Assembly (NCBI GenBank): GCA_030704615.1
Contig: CM060732.1
Span: 67,084,001-67,148,000 of the forward strand
Reading direction: 5' to 3'
Origin: Takakia lepidozioides
Lineage: Eukaryota; Plantae; Bryophyta
Length of the DNA stretch: 64,000 nt
Shown here: positions 49,281-63,480 of the stretch, in pieces
Layout of the letters: each line of letters opens with the position of its first letter
Numbering within the stretch: the first letter of the stretch is position 1
Notes under the pieces: model-generated
What the model was told of the DNA's origin: nothing
The model's database searches: none
Seen by the model: the letters and a program-made list of their open reading frames with translations, nothing else
Program-made: the position numbers and the translations under genes

Positions 49281-51153
49281 GCATTTTTTTTCCACATAGC
49301 CTACGACCAGATTTGAACTGGAGACCTTTCCCTTGATATCTCTCCTGTCGAGGCTCCAATCATTGTCCCATGAATGAATTTCCAGCAACCCAAACTACTT
49401 GAAATTCCACATCTCCCACACCGCAGGTCCAAAAATCATGAGACGAAGCCCGTGCACCCCTCCTCATCGAGGGCTTTCCAATGGTACCAAGCACCAAAGT
49501 TGGGGCCTCACGGTTTGGGACATCTCAAAGTGACAAAACAAAACAAACGCCTCGCTTCATATATTGATAAGGATAGACCCGTAATCTTATATCACCCTTT
49601 AAGTTTACCCAATCAACATACTTACTCCATTTTTGTGAGATGTGTTTAATTGCATGTAGATATTCACCTTTCAATGAGCTCACTGTGGATGCATGTGTAT
49701 TGAAATCTGTAATACGTGCCGGGGCGTGCCTTAGGCATACCCTGCCGCCCATCCAAGCCTTTTCTGTTTTTTTTTCTTTCCTTAAAGAAAACACCTGGGA
49801 GCGACAGCTCCAACGTTTTTTTGTCATTTTTCCAAACTCGGCGCAGGTGTGTTAACCAGTTCATCTGGGTGGCACTAAGTGCACAACTGAAAAACTTTAT
49901 TGCATGCTTAGAATATATTGTAAAAGTGAAAAGACAACCAAGTTTGGAGTCTTTAATGTGCCTGTATTAATGGGCACATAGCACCTCAGAAGTGGTTGTG
50001 GGTTCAATCCACAGATTGGTATCACAGAGGTGTCCACCAATATTGTGTGGGTATATGACGGTATGCCAGGGTTCGTATAATCATTTAACTATAATCGAAC
50101 CGGGGGTTTTGCTTACCCGCCATTAGAATATCATCGGAGAGTAATTAGTAGAATATATTTACCCTAACTCTGTGTATAACTGGAGTGTTAGGGTGCAGGT
50201 AAATGTTAGCTCAAAGGATATATCCCTGACGGATAAATCATTACCTTGCTACAACCTAGGTCATCTACTTCACACCTTGGTGGTAATTGATGGGCCTACC
50301 GCTGTACACCACCTTACCAGGCCTATTCAAGTTTGGCCAAGTGCTATTTTGTGCTCAGCAACAAATATTACTTTTCTGGAGCTGGCAACGTTGTTTTACC
50401 CTCGATTATTTTAGCAATATTGCAAGCATTGGTGAATATATCTTAATATACAATTGGGTAAACAACAAGCGGTTAGTAGACGCCGTAATGGCTCCACCCT
50501 TCAATATAGAATATATAAGAAAAAAATTAAATTAAATTAAAAATAATAATAATGTGAATGATGAATAATAGTAACATATGATGCCTCTCGAAGGGAGTGT
50601 AAATTATGGTGTCTCTTCATTGCGAAGGGCTACTGCCTTCAGGCAGCAAGGACTGGTATCATGTGAGCACAACCCACGGTCATAGGAGTTGTATTATTTT
50701 TAACCTCGAGAATAGGAGTTACACGTCTTGAAAACGAAAAAAACCATTAGCGGATATAGGGGACTGATGCATTTATAGGGTAGGTAACAGTACCAATAGC
50801 TGGTCTATCTATACATTTAGAAACATTAGGGTTAGGCTGGGTTAGGGTGTTACCCCATCCTCTTGATGTACCCCTCATGGACCTCTTCATTTCCATGAAT
50901 TAATATGAGTTACAGGGCCTCCGTCCCCTTTCTTTAAAATAATAATAATAAATCCAGATAGTCATTTGCAAACAAAAACATTAAAATAAATATTAAAATA
51001 TTAAGCTATCAAATACTCAAATAAAAATTATAATATTAACCTACTACACATGGTTCACCTCCAATACAAAACAAGAGCTTCACCAACGATGATACAAAAG
51101 GGAGGACAATCAATTACACCATATAGAATTTGGAACTCACCCGAAAACCAAGT

Positions 51154-51490
51154 GAAACCCTGGGCAACATAGCCACAAACCCTAAACTTATAGTGTTGAC
51201 AGCGGTGGAGGCCACAAACCTCGGCGCGAAGGATTTCACTTTGGAAAACCCAAAGTTTGTTATTCTATAAGCATAGCTGAGGAGAAAATGCGTGAGCAAG
51301 AAAATAAATTACACCTTATAAGAACTATAACTTAACTTAGGGTTTCTCAAGGCAAAACCCTGGGCAACATAGCAAACTAAACTTATAGTGTCAGCGATGG
51401 TGGAACCTCAGCAGCGAAGGATTTCTCTTTAAGAAACCCAAAGTGTGTTATCCTATAAACATAACATAAGGAGAAAAGGCGTGAGCAAAA
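51154..51490. repeat. ~190-bp direct duplication
   Basis: aaaccctgggcaacatagc..aaacttatagtgt..gcgaaggatttc..cccaaagt..gcgtgagcaa at 51154 and 51354. Confidence 0.8.
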
Positions 51491-52206
51491 CAACAATTTT
51501 GACAATAGTGACACTTGTTCTATTTCGCTCGCAAAAACACGAGGGTCTTGCACTATCTCTCGCAATACATATAAAAAGAGATGAATTACCATGTTGGACT
51601 GAACTGGTTTCCCTGACGAAATTCCAAATGATATATGAATATACACAGTCAATAGGAACGTCGTGATTTTTTGTGATATGTGTCGTTGTCCAATGAAAAC
51701 ACTTCGTACTTAATTGCCGGGTCTACACTTCCTCGGCACTATGCTCACATGTATTTTTAAATAGAAGATGTAGAACTTTTTATATTGAAACCTTATTTTC
51801 ATGTACATAATTCCAAGGGTGGTTTTCACTAGATAGTGCACTTGGGGTTTTGTTGGTGAATCCCATTTATGTAGTCGTGAAGATGAATCTAAGCATTTCT
51901 TTGCAGAGATGTCGCATTTGGAAAAGTCCACAAATCTGATTGTTTATGTGTTGACCTTAAAGTATACGTCTTTAGTTGGCTCACAAAGGTCGCAAACTCG
52001 AGAGTCGAGAGGACACCCACGAGGTACAAATGCTTACTTAAGCTAATGCAATTCTTTGACCTAACCACACCTCATGTGTCTTTGGCAAAAGACCCTGGTA
52101 ATTCCCACAAGTACTGCAATTTGTGAGAGGGGTTTAACAAAACAAAATGCTATCAAAAGCCATTTGCGATCTTGCTTGAAACTGGATACTTTGGACACTT
52201 TGATGC

Positions 52207-52260
52207 AAAATTTGTCAACCTGTCATGTGAAACGTTTCACATGACAAGTTGACAAATTTT
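52207..52260. repeat. 54-bp spacerless palindrome (1 mismatch)
   Basis: aaaatttgtcaacctgtcatgtgaaac|gtttcacatgacaagttgacaaatttt. Confidence 0.9.
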
Positions 52261-52409
52261 TTACCTTTAATCTATAGTGATAGTTAACTAGGGTGTGTTC
52301 GATGGGTATCCATATGGTGGTTTATGTAAATCGATGATTACTCTATCAAAAAAATTGTCATAATCTTTATAGTTGGTTAAGCAATGGGCGGGCTTGGGGT
52401 TGGGGGGGG

Positions 52410-52725
52410 GCACTCCCTATAACTTTTGTATATCACGTGCGAAAAAATGATAACTTGTATGGGGGTATTATTTTTGTTTCGGTCTTTATCGGCCATCCTA
52501 CACTTACATAATTTTGTAAAATGCTGGATTTTCTTATAGGCTATGTTAATTATATTTTACTGCTGCTAGCAAATTTTAGGCACGCCATAGTAACAATACA
52601 CTAAAAATAATAATAATAGTAAAAAATAGTTCATTACTTGGTCAAAACAAACTCATCCTAGTTTGGGCATCAGTAGCATTCAAGCTGTAAGCATTCTGAA
52701 CTTTGTCAGAAGTCATAGTAATTTA
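52410..52725 (-). mobile_element. Second diverged 3' end of the TIR-element family at 3434-4240
   Basis: Minus strand encodes ITMTSDKVQNAYSLNATDA..DEFVLTK* (compare ITMTFDRAQNVYTLNADDANALNEFISTK*) and shares the subterminal taataccccc..cacgtg..atagggagtg. Confidence 0.7.
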
Positions 52726-54492
52726 AGAGGACCATTACTGTTGTCGTTGGCTTATTGAAAATTATATCTACTGGCTGCTGGAATATCATCCACCCTAAAC
52801 TCAAATTCCCTTGCGAACCAAGTGTCCTCAATAGTTCAAGCCCCCAAATCCAAATCTAGCCCACCTGATAAACCAGTAACTAGATGACACGTATCCCAAA
52901 TCTTTATCAGGACCCTATAATCGAGTGGGAGCGAGCGGTGTGGGCGATTGCACGGAACGAGCGGGTGGTTGCGCAGGGAGAGAGCGAACAGGTGAAGGAG
53001 AAAGTTTTTTTTTTTTTTTTTTTTTTAAAAATTATTTGACTTTGTGTGATTTCTCACTCACTCCATGCTTGTGCGATGGCTGCGCAGGCAGGGATCAAGC
53101 GAGAGGGAGCAAATGAACACACTACAGGTTCAAGAACTTATAAACACTTAGGCAAAATTGGTGTGTGATAGATCAATACACAAAAAAGTAAAGGACAGAT
53201 ATAAATTGAGTGGATGCACATAGTGCAACAAAGGGAGAGCTTAGGGCCAAAATGGACAAGTTCGTGCACTTAGGACTTAGTCAATTCAAAGATCCTAAAT
53301 ACCCCTCCAATTTCATCCAACTCATCCAAATTCATCCAAATTCAAATCCTGTTGGCATATTCCGTCCACTTTGTGAAATCCGGCAAGTTTTGTTTTTCCG
53401 TCACGAAAACCGGGACACATTTCCGGCATGGGTGGCCCATGAATGCGTGGGGTGGGTGACCCCAAATCCCAATAAACATAGGGGTGGCCCGAACCTGGCT
53501 GGGGGGTGGACATGCCTTGGGAGGGGTGGAGGCCTAATCAATTTAGGGACGGGTAGAATGAGGCACCCCCTAAAACCCTCCACAAGAGAGGGCTACTGGC
53601 CAAAAATTATAGGCCCACATAGGTGCAATTGCAAGTCTCATGGGCAGGGGGTAAAAAGACCTAGTAGGAGACTCAGATTGGCCCGAAATGTTTTTTCGGA
53701 AAAGCCATACCCACCCACAACATTCTTACCGGAGCGATTGCCAAATGAACGGCTCAAAAGTTTTCCTTAATTTTCTGAACAAACCTTTTTTCCTGCCCGA
53801 AGGAAAACCCCAAATTTGACCCCCCATTTCTAGCATACAAAGCAGCCCATCTGAGATTATGTCAGAAAAAGATGAAATTTGCAGGGAAGGTGTCTTATAT
53901 GACAGGGCACCAGATTCTGGAGAGTGTCATGTCAGACCAGTTCGCAGATGGGAAATTGGATAGAAAAAGCACTTTTTTTTCCCTATTTACTTCATGTTTT
54001 TTTTGTATTTTTGTGGTCGTAGGTGGGGTAGTTGAGAGTATATTCCAACGGTTAGTTTTACAGGGCCTTAGTAAATCTCAAGATATAAATGTTTTAGAGG
54101 GCCAGGGTCCAGTTTTTGAGGTCTTGGCAAAAATTGGCCCTTGTCCTTTAGGGGTTAAGAAGGTGTCCCCGCCGAGCCTATCGCTGTGGATTCCGAAGCT
54201 CAGCTACGGGATGCGAGCTAAATTGCATATTGAGGTGCTCAAACAGGTTTGGGGATGTGGTTGCCCTAACCTAACCTAACCTGCAGGGAGAGGGAGGAGC
54301 AAGAGAGGAGGAGAGCAAAAGGAGAGAGAGAGTATCTGCGGAATCCTTCGAAGTGAAGACACGCAGAGAGAGACCAGAAGATCAAATTGAGAATTGCAGG
54401 ATCAGGCTGAGAGAAGCAGAAGAAATTTTAGGTGAAGAGGAATTACTGAGCAGAGCAGAGAGAGAGAGACAGAGAGAGGCAGGGGGAGAGAG

Positions 54493-57400
54493 ATGTCCTC
54501 GGGCAGCGGGTTAACGTTCAAGCTGCATCCGCTGGTGATAGTTAACATCTCGGATCACTACACGCGCATTAAGGCCCAGAGTGGCATAGGTGGGCGGCCA
54601 CCCCGGGTGTATGGCTGTGTGCTGGGCGTGCAGACCGGGCGCACTGTAGAGATTTTCAACAGCTTTGAGCTCAAATATGATGCGGCTGCAGACGTCCTCG
54701 ATCGTCTCTTCTTGGAAACCAAGCAAGAACAATGTACATTCTCTCCCCGTCGGCCTTTCCCATTTCTATCGATTTGACCAATGCCTCCGTTACGTGTTTT
54801 CCGATTCCGTGCTGGCCTGGGGGTCTGGTCGAGGTTAACTGTGCTTCCTGGACGCCCCCAGCACGGAAAAATTATACTTGCTATGGATGATATTGACTAA
54901 GGCGCTGAAAGTGTGCCCTGCCATCTCTATCATTTATTAACTCCTACAGATGGACCACGAAGGGTGTTTCCCGGATTTCCTTGACCCCAATCAAATATAT
55001 GGCTGATCAGCTCGAATGGGGCTCTCAGTTCTCGTCACAATTCGTATCTCGATTAGGGTTGCGTTGTACATTAGGTTAGTGGAGACCCATTTGGGATTGC
55101 AGATCAACTTGAGTCAAGACTAGATCATGCAAATCCGTTGATTAGGCCCATATTTGAGCATGTCGGTGAAGGTTATAACTTTTTTTCTGCGTGTGTTTGG
55201 GGACATCAGACAAGAAGGTGTTTCCAAAGTACGATGTACTGGGATGGTACTCCACTGGCAGCGACCTCCAGGAGTCGGACATGCAAATCCACAAAGCTGT
55301 GAGCGCCTGTCCTTGTGTTTCCACTTTATCACATGTATGCCAAGCAGCATCTACATGAGTATGCTGGAGTCCGCCGCACTTCAAAGTGCTGTTTCATGTG
55401 ATGAATTTCCCAGAAAGACAAAAGTAAGTAATTTAGTGGACAATCCAATGACAGTGCGTGGGATGACGGTCGCAGCTCATGGACATCAATGAGAGCCCGG
55501 TATATGTGATGCTCAACCCAACCATCAATCATGCCCAGAAGGATCTGCCCATCAGCATCTTTGAGAGCGGTGAGTAATTTGGAATTTCCAAGAGAATGTA
55601 CTCATAAGAAGTTGTTTGCCATAGCCTTGTGGCCATAGACCTCACCCCCAGTTTGGGCGGAATTTCCAAGAGTGAGAGATGCAGAGAGACACAAAGAGCT
55701 TTGTAGCTTCTTGAGTTGATCTCCCTCAAGGCACTGTTCGTCTCCTCTTGGTCCTTTTTGCATGTGTCTATATCTGGACATTATTCCCCCACAATGACAT
55801 TGGCATCTCAATGCACTTGCAACTGGGTTGTTATCGATTTGGCATGAGCTCTTGTGCAGTCTGGGGCTGAGTTTCCTGCTACGGTGAGTGGAATCCCATG
55901 GTTGGGTCTGAGGTGAGTGCCATGTGGCTTTGCTGTAGCTTATGGAGCAGGGCATCTATATGTGGCTACCAGATGGAGGAATAGCTTGCCAACCAGCAGA
56001 AACTATCAAGATTCATACATGTCTCTGAAGCCAGTCATCAGTCAGAAGATAACCATGGTTCGCTGATGTTACCTGGTGGCTTGCAGAGCTCCATGTGATT
56101 GATGGAGTGCCATCTCTCATATTCGTCAAGTCAAGCTATACCATTGAGGTGCACTATTTCACATTTTGAACAACTCATTTCTCTGATGTCCTTTCTTCTG
56201 TACTTGCATGTCTGAAAATGCTGTTTGGATTACCTCTAGATTTGGATTTGCTCATGTTTGGTGATGTGTCTCCATGGTTTTAGACAGTGGAGGCAGAGCG
56301 GATATCAGTGGATCACGTGGCACATATCAAACCCTCTGATGGGAGCTTGGCTGCTACACAATGTAATGGGACTATGCCTCTCTCAACTAATCATTTACAT
56401 GAACTAACCTACTTGCTTTTGGCATGCTAGACAAACACCTTCGCAGGGCATTTAACATTCAGGTCACTAGCTGTGTATTTTATCAGTCACCAAATCACGA
56501 ATGGCTTAGACCCAGCTGGTCCAAGTTGATGTCAAGTCCACCATTTTTGCTGTAAAAAGCAGAGCTCTCATGTGTTGTCATGCTGTGCCAGAGTTATTTT
56601 GATTGTGACCATCATGTCCTGTATTAATGGGATAGTTGTGCGTGTGGGCCCGTATGGAGAAAGTGCAGTGGCGGCTCATTTGACAGGCATGCACAGTGCC
56701 ATAAAGATGCTGAACAGCCGCATCCGAGTTCTCCACCACCATCTTGTCTCCATCCAAAAAGGTATGTATATATGCAGTGTTTATTTCTTTCTGGATAGCA
56801 AGAGTTGACATTTTATTGGGTGTTATAGCTCCAGCAGACTGTGCAGTGGCTAGTGACTGGCACAACAAGGTAGTCCTGGGTTCGAATGTTGCAGGTCTTA
56901 AATTTTGAATAGTAAACGAGCTGCAAGGGGGCCACCTGGTAATCTGGCCATGTACTAACTGGGCACATGGAGAGTCGCCGTTTATACCTCCGACCTCCAT
57001 GATGACCCCCTGAGGGAAGTCATGATTTTCCTTATCAAATGGTACAAAATGTTGCTGAATACCTGGGTGCTGATTACTTGATCATGCATGCAGCTACCAT
57101 GGGTGAAACCTATTGACATTGGAGCTCATTCACACTGTGGATAAATATGCACTACAGGAGAAGCGCCGTATGAGCATTCACTGCTGCGCCAGATTTCAAG
57201 CTTGGTTCGCAGACTACCAGCCATTGACTCACCAAAGTTCCAGGATGATTTTCTTATGGTATGTCTTGAGCTTGGTTACTTGGGAGACACTTTTGAAATT
57301 CATTTTCTGTAATTAATTTTAGAAAGTAAAATCTTGTTCCGAGATACTGTTCTTTGGTTCTGTTACAAGAATTCGCCTCTTCCCCCTGTCCTGCATTCAT

Positions 57401-58391
57401 GTTTGTGGTCACATGTAGTTCGTTAAAACACAGACAGAGGTGAAACCTGCCCCCTCACACATCTCCACCTCACCTGCAATTCCAGAACCCAGGCCAGGAT
57501 GATTATTATCATGTGAACAATGTCCTGAGTGGTATGTCCATGTACACAGGGACATCTCTTCTTGGCAAGAACAAAGTATAATGAGCACAACTGTCTGTCA
57601 TTCGGGTGTGACTTTGCAAAATGAGTAGCTGCTTTGATAAGGCGTTTTTCAAGAACATGTGGAAGTGCTCGAATTATTTTGCTATTAGTGATGGTATCAA
57701 CGAAAATTCAATGGATCCATAAATCTTACATGACGTGGTGATGTCCAGCACACCCAAATGATGACATTTCTCCTTCCCTATTCGATAGAACTCTGATTTT
57801 GTATCTATGGTGGATTCTCACTCGATTAATTTGGCTTTGGGGACAGGAATACAATGATACTTTGCTCATGACGTACTTGGCCACTATCACCAAGTGTTCC
57901 AGGTACTTTTATCTCCTGGCACATTTATTTCCTTAACAAGACTTTGATGACTATGAGATTACTACCATCCCACCTGAAAGAACAGCATGGTTCTGAACAA
58001 TTTTAGCATGAGGACAGGGAGAAACAGGTGAGAAACGTCTTTGGGAGAATGTTGGGGATTGGCGAGAACTGCTTGTATCATTAGGGCATGCTCTCTTGAT
58101 TCTTGTGGCCGTAGACCCCATACCTGTTTGTACTGAAAAATGCGAGGAAGGAAGACTGAAATAGGTTTAGTATGTCCATGGTCATAGGGCTATGCGAGAG
58201 GTAGAGGAGGGTGAGGGACAGGTATCTGCAAAAAGTTGGTGCTCTAGCGTTGTAACTTCAGTAAGCTTTGAAAGTGTGCTGATGTAGCCTGGGTTGAGGG
58301 GTTATGCAGTTCAATCAACGAGTTGGTGGACAAATTCAACACGGCCTATGACAAGCAAAATCGGCGTGGAGGCCGCACTACCTTCATCTAG
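54493..58391 (+). CDS. CSN6: COP9 signalosome subunit 6 (MPN domain), ~298 aa
   Basis: Exons 54493-54733, 55210-55298, 55476-55569, 56087-56148, 56284-56362, 56669-56761, 57158-57258, 57847-57902 and 58310-58391 join in frame; TFKLHPLVIVNISDHYTR, GRTVEIFNSFEL, LGWYSTG, ETVEAERISVDHVA, EYNDTLL, DKFNTAYDK. Confidence 0.96.
56825..57015 (+). mobile_element. Putative tRNA-derived SINE in CSN6 intron 6
   Basis: B box GGTTCGAAT at ~56879; body similar to the minus-strand copy at 22020-22250. Confidence 0.45.
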
Positions 58392-61064
58392 ATAGCATGG
58401 TAGTTACATTTCCTCCCTCTAAGTTTGTATAGTCCTAAAGGGGTACACTACAGAGAAGAAGATGGTCTTCGGTTTTGTCACAATTGGTGTTATTTAGTAC
58501 ATTGATGAAGGAAGGAGTAGACATGCATTGTGGGGTGGGTTGCCAGAATAACTTTTTTCCTGGCTCTGATGGGGACTGCAACTGTATGGTTTTCTGTTCG
58601 GAGGATGATGTACCCATTGGACTGCTGTCTGTGGCAATTACATGCCCTTGGAGGTTTGGATTCCCTGCTTGAAAACTTCCAGTAGTTGTATCAATGTCAC
58701 TTGAAACCCGATAAGACTGTCTAGCTTGGAAGGGCCTTGACTGAGTTGTATAAATGATAATGAGAGAGTAGTATCTCATGATTGTTATTGGTTTTGGGAG
58801 GTTTCTGTCAATATAATACTTACTAGATCATGAATGTATTTCCCTTGAAATTCTAGTTTGAGTGAAATTGTAGGCTTTGTTATTACCGTTTCCGCCATCC
58901 ATCTTCTGCACTATTTAAGGCCAAAGCTGGTTATATGTGAGAGAACTGCTGCTTGGCCGCAATGCTCTTCATTGATGCCCACATATTGGTCCAAAATGCG
59001 GGGTGTGGCAAATGCATGTCTGCGCCGGATTGGCTGCTTTTCAACACCCAAGTTAGCTATACCCAACACATCTACCTGCACAAAATTTTCTTGTCAATAG
59101 GATCCCTTGGAAAAGCTTACAATGATTTGCTAGTGCCACAAAACTTTTTCCGAATTCTTCAACAGTGGAAGAAGTCTTACACCCCACAATTTTCTTTCCA
59201 AAATTTCTTTTCCTTTATTACAGTTTGTGGCACCCAAAATTAACATTTTTTTTCTATAACAATTTAGAAAGGGGAGGTAGCCCTTTAGAACTTTATTAAA
59301 ATTATTGAGGGAAAAAAGTAAAACCCTGAGGCCCCAACATTGCATTGTCATGTGCCAAGGGAAAGACGAGTGAATGAATGAATGGATTTTATGGGATGAA
59401 CGGTTTCCAATGGAAAAGGCCACATGATGACAGGGTTCTCTATTGACAATGTTGATGGAAAAAATGAAGGCCTATGAATGCCCGTATCACTATTTTTCTT
59501 ATGCACATGGCAAATAATTAGATCTTTAAGAACTCACACACAGGTGCATTGAGACGATCGGGATCAAAGCCCTTTCAATTCTGTGAGGTCTATAGACACG
59601 TCATTTGAGTGACCTCTGGCATTTTGCCATCTGGAACACTGAACTATAATTAGAAACAAAAACAACAAAACTAGGATCAATCAGAAACGTGACGGACTTG
59701 TGTAATCGGCCATGCCTGCACGCTTGTATGCTCACTATAGCTAGATCCAATAAAAAAAACCTGTAGCACACAGTAGTAGTGGTAGTCACCTCCTAAGCGT
59801 GAAGATCACACCGGCGCGCAAGCCAAGAGAAGCCAAGAGCTCCTCCAGTAGTGGCTATGGCCCCGATCAGGATAAGTAGAGAACAGCGAGGGCGAGAAAG
59901 AGACGAAGGCTGATGAGCCCTCTGATGAAGGTGAATATAATCCTACAAAGAGACAGATTGGACGCAGTTTGATTTCGAGGAACAGTGGTCACATATCATG
60001 ATCAAGTGGGGCCAATCGAGTCCTCTTTTGTGACTACTCCTGTTTATGTTTATGATGATGCTTCTATTGCTGAAGTTTATGATGTTTGGTGAGGGTGAGA
60101 AAGATTCCTACAGCTAGAAAGATTGGACGCAATTTTTCGATTTGGATAAAATTGCACATGATGATGAAAGTGAAATGGGGTCAATCGAGTCTCACTTTTT
60201 TTACTACTCTTGTTTCTGATGATCTTCCTGTTTTTTTTATCAGTATGAATCGAGTACTTACTTACACATCATGGATGAAGGTGAAATAGGGCCAATCGAT
60301 TTGCAACTGCAACAACCTGGTGCAAACCCACCGCCATATAATAATAACAAAGGAACAAATATTATTGTTGATCAGTATCCATTGTTTTATTGCATCTTAC
60401 TATCTAATTCTAGCATAAAGGTGGAAAAATAACCACCCTGGAAGCCGTGAGGGCTGACATTTGTATTCTGATTAAACATCATTACATCAGTTCTATTTTT
60501 AAGAACAAAAAAAAAATCTAGATCGAAATGTCATGAGATACTAATTCTGAACTAATTTATTCTCAGCATGTTTATATAATTCATGATCCCGAAAATCTCA
60601 CTGCAGTTTACTACGAGTGGGCCTTATCTTCAAATATAGAAATCCTTGGTACCGACAACACACCAGAGTGATTCTCTACACACTGCGAACTTCCAAAGAT
60701 TTGTGTCTGTATCAGTGGTGTCTCCCTGGCTGCTGTGTGGAGCTGTTCAGGGTGTGAGAGAAAATTCAGATTTACAAAGAGGAAAGGAGACGTGACCCAC
60801 GTGGTGCACTTCTTGGAGTTGATATCGTCGATCGGAAAACTTTTGGTGCTTTGAAATTGACTCATAATGATGTTGACCAGCTGCTTTATACACCATAGTT
60901 GATGACTTCGCCTGGTTTTGAATAGTCATGATGAGCTTCACGAGTACTATTTCTGGTGGACGGTGGGAGTGGAAAATTTCGCGTTGGCAGACAATGCGTA
61001 GATACCGATCCTCCTATTGAGTACTAGTGATCTTCAAGCATTTGAGCGATTGGATGTGCAGCAG

Positions 61065-63480
61065 GCAAGAGATTTCTCTTGTGGTGGGGCACTGACCCAA
61101 GCATGACGGTGACGGAACCAGAGCTAGTTAGAGAGATACTCTTGAACAAGTTTGAGGATTACCAGAGGACAAAGATGGAGCTTGCAGGAATTATTAAGTT
61201 GATTGGTAGAGGGCTGGTTGGAGTCAACGATGATGAGTGGGCTGTCCATCGTCACATTGTGACTCCCGCGTTCCATCGTAATGCGCTCAAGGTTAGGCTT
61301 TGCAAATCTCTGACTCTCTCTGCCTCTGGTCTATATGTCGAACGATTCAGGGCTGCAGGCATTCCGTGTCTGCAAATTTGCTGGTTCCAGAAAATTTGCC
61401 AAAATGATTTTCTCCAGCACCAGTCGTTCTCCTTCATAGAGAAGCTTTTCGTTAACCTCCTGATTTAACAACCAAATCTGCACTGTAAGTACAGAAAAAG
61501 AAACAGAATTTAAATTAGATCTAAACATTGGACCTGATTACAACTGCAGGGAATGTTGGGAGCCATGGTTAAGAGCGCTGCGCCGATGCTGGAGAGGTGG
61601 GAGGAACTTATCTCGAAGAACGGCGGGGGTTCTGTCGAAATAGAAGTCTGCAGGGATTTTGTTCTCGTAACATCTGAGGTCATTGCGCGCACAGCCTTCG
61701 GTAGCAGCTACGAGAGGGGGAAGAGGGTTTTTGAAAATTTTAACATACTCCGGGGAGAACTGATGGAAGAATTCGCCAATCCCTGGCTCAGGGTACCTGG
61801 CTACAGGTCTGAGTTCTCTCTCATTCACTCTCTCACTCTCTCTTTCTCTCAACGGACCTAACCTTTCCTCAAGCAGTTGCTTTAGTCCTCCTTTCTACGA
61901 TGGAGCCAAATCGTTTTAAATATGTCCAGCACTTGCAAGTATTGTTATGTCAACTTATGATTTCTTGAAAAAATATCGGATTGTGTGCATCCACTGGTAG
62001 TATATGGAACTGCTGAGGGAACCTTGGTGCATGTGAGGCCGGCAGCATGTACTAGGGATCCCACAGGCTTATGGGGAGGGCTTAGCTTTGCCGGTATACT
62101 TAACAATGATATCAAGGTCTGTACACAATTTCTTCATGAATGCCTAATTTGTCCCGAGTCTAAATCCATGCAAGCTGACGGGTGCCGTTTACATCGCGTT
62201 CCTAGGCTCTTCAATGCATCGATACTGAGTTTCGATTTGGATTGACCTCAAAATCTTAATCCAGCTGAGATTGCGTGTTGTACAATTATTTTCTGCCCAC
62301 AGCTCTAGGAATAAGGAGTTGGCTAAACTCAGACGGGAGCTAATAACGATGGCTTTGGGTATACTTGCTGCAAGACTTATTTTGTAATGGGCATCGTCAT
62401 GCCTAGAGGTTGTCTAACAGAAGCTGGTGTGTGCCTGACATTGTCTTACCTGACCATCTGTGCATCTGTAAGCTCCAATTTTGATTGACCACAACTCCAG
62501 CTTTAAAGACTTCCCGAGTTGTACTTGCAGCCTTCTGCCCACAGCACGATATAGGGGGATGGCTCACCTCAGTAGTGGAATCGAGACCACCCTGCGAGAG
62601 ATAATCCATACAAGGCAGGACATGGTGAGCAGAGGAAAAATCGATTATGGAAACGACCTACTGGGGCTCATGCTCTCAGAGTTGAGCCCTGCTGAAGCAA
62701 GAAGACCAAAGTCCAGTTTGGCATGCAAGCATTGGTCGACAACTGCAGGACGTTCTACTTCGCTGGGCATGAGACCACCGCAACACTGTTGACGTGGACA
62801 ATGATGTTGTTGGCAGAACATCAAGAGTGGCAAGAGCGTGCACGTGCTGAAGTGTTGAATGTCTGCCACGATGGGGCTCCTTTGGATGCAACCATGCTCA
62901 GCAAGCTGAAAATTGTATGCATCTCCTCTCTCGTTGAACATGTAAGTGTTGAAAAAGAAAAGCGGTATGGCACTGCAGGAGGGATGTTCAACTGGTACCG
63001 GGACTTTTGTGTAAAAGTCTATAATGGGCTGCTGAGTTGCTTGTTTATTTTCGTCTGAAAAGTCGTTTGGGTCTTGCAGGTGGGCATGATACTGAACGAG
63101 ACATTGCGACTATTCCCGCCCCTCTCCTTCACGAGTAGGGAGGCAAAGAAGGACACCAAGCTCGGGGATCTCTTTATACCCAAGGGCGTGTGCTTGACAA
63201 TCCTCGTGCTGCCGCTCCACCGTGACCCTCAAATCTGGGGCGATGATGTCATGGAGTTTAATCCTGAGAGATTTGCAGATGGCATTGCCAAAGCATGCAC
63301 ACACCCTCAAGGATACTTACCTTTCGATCTTTTGGCCCACGAGTTTGTATCGGACAAGCGTTTGCTCTGATGGACTACAGGCATTGCCCAGAAATCCGCA
63401 TTGATGCCCAAACCCATGCATGGCTTACAGCTCATCCTGGAGAAAGTATGAAGCTCTCGACCCTTGACACCATTTCACCA
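61065..63480 (+). pseudogene. CYP72-clan cytochrome P450 pseudogene
   Basis: Exons ~61065-61291, 61550-61806, 62531-62914 and 63080-~63480 ([48 protein letters not shown]). Frameshifts near 62715 and inside the heme motif ([12 protein letters not shown], ~63325); C-terminus decayed; first exon not found. Confidence 0.88.
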
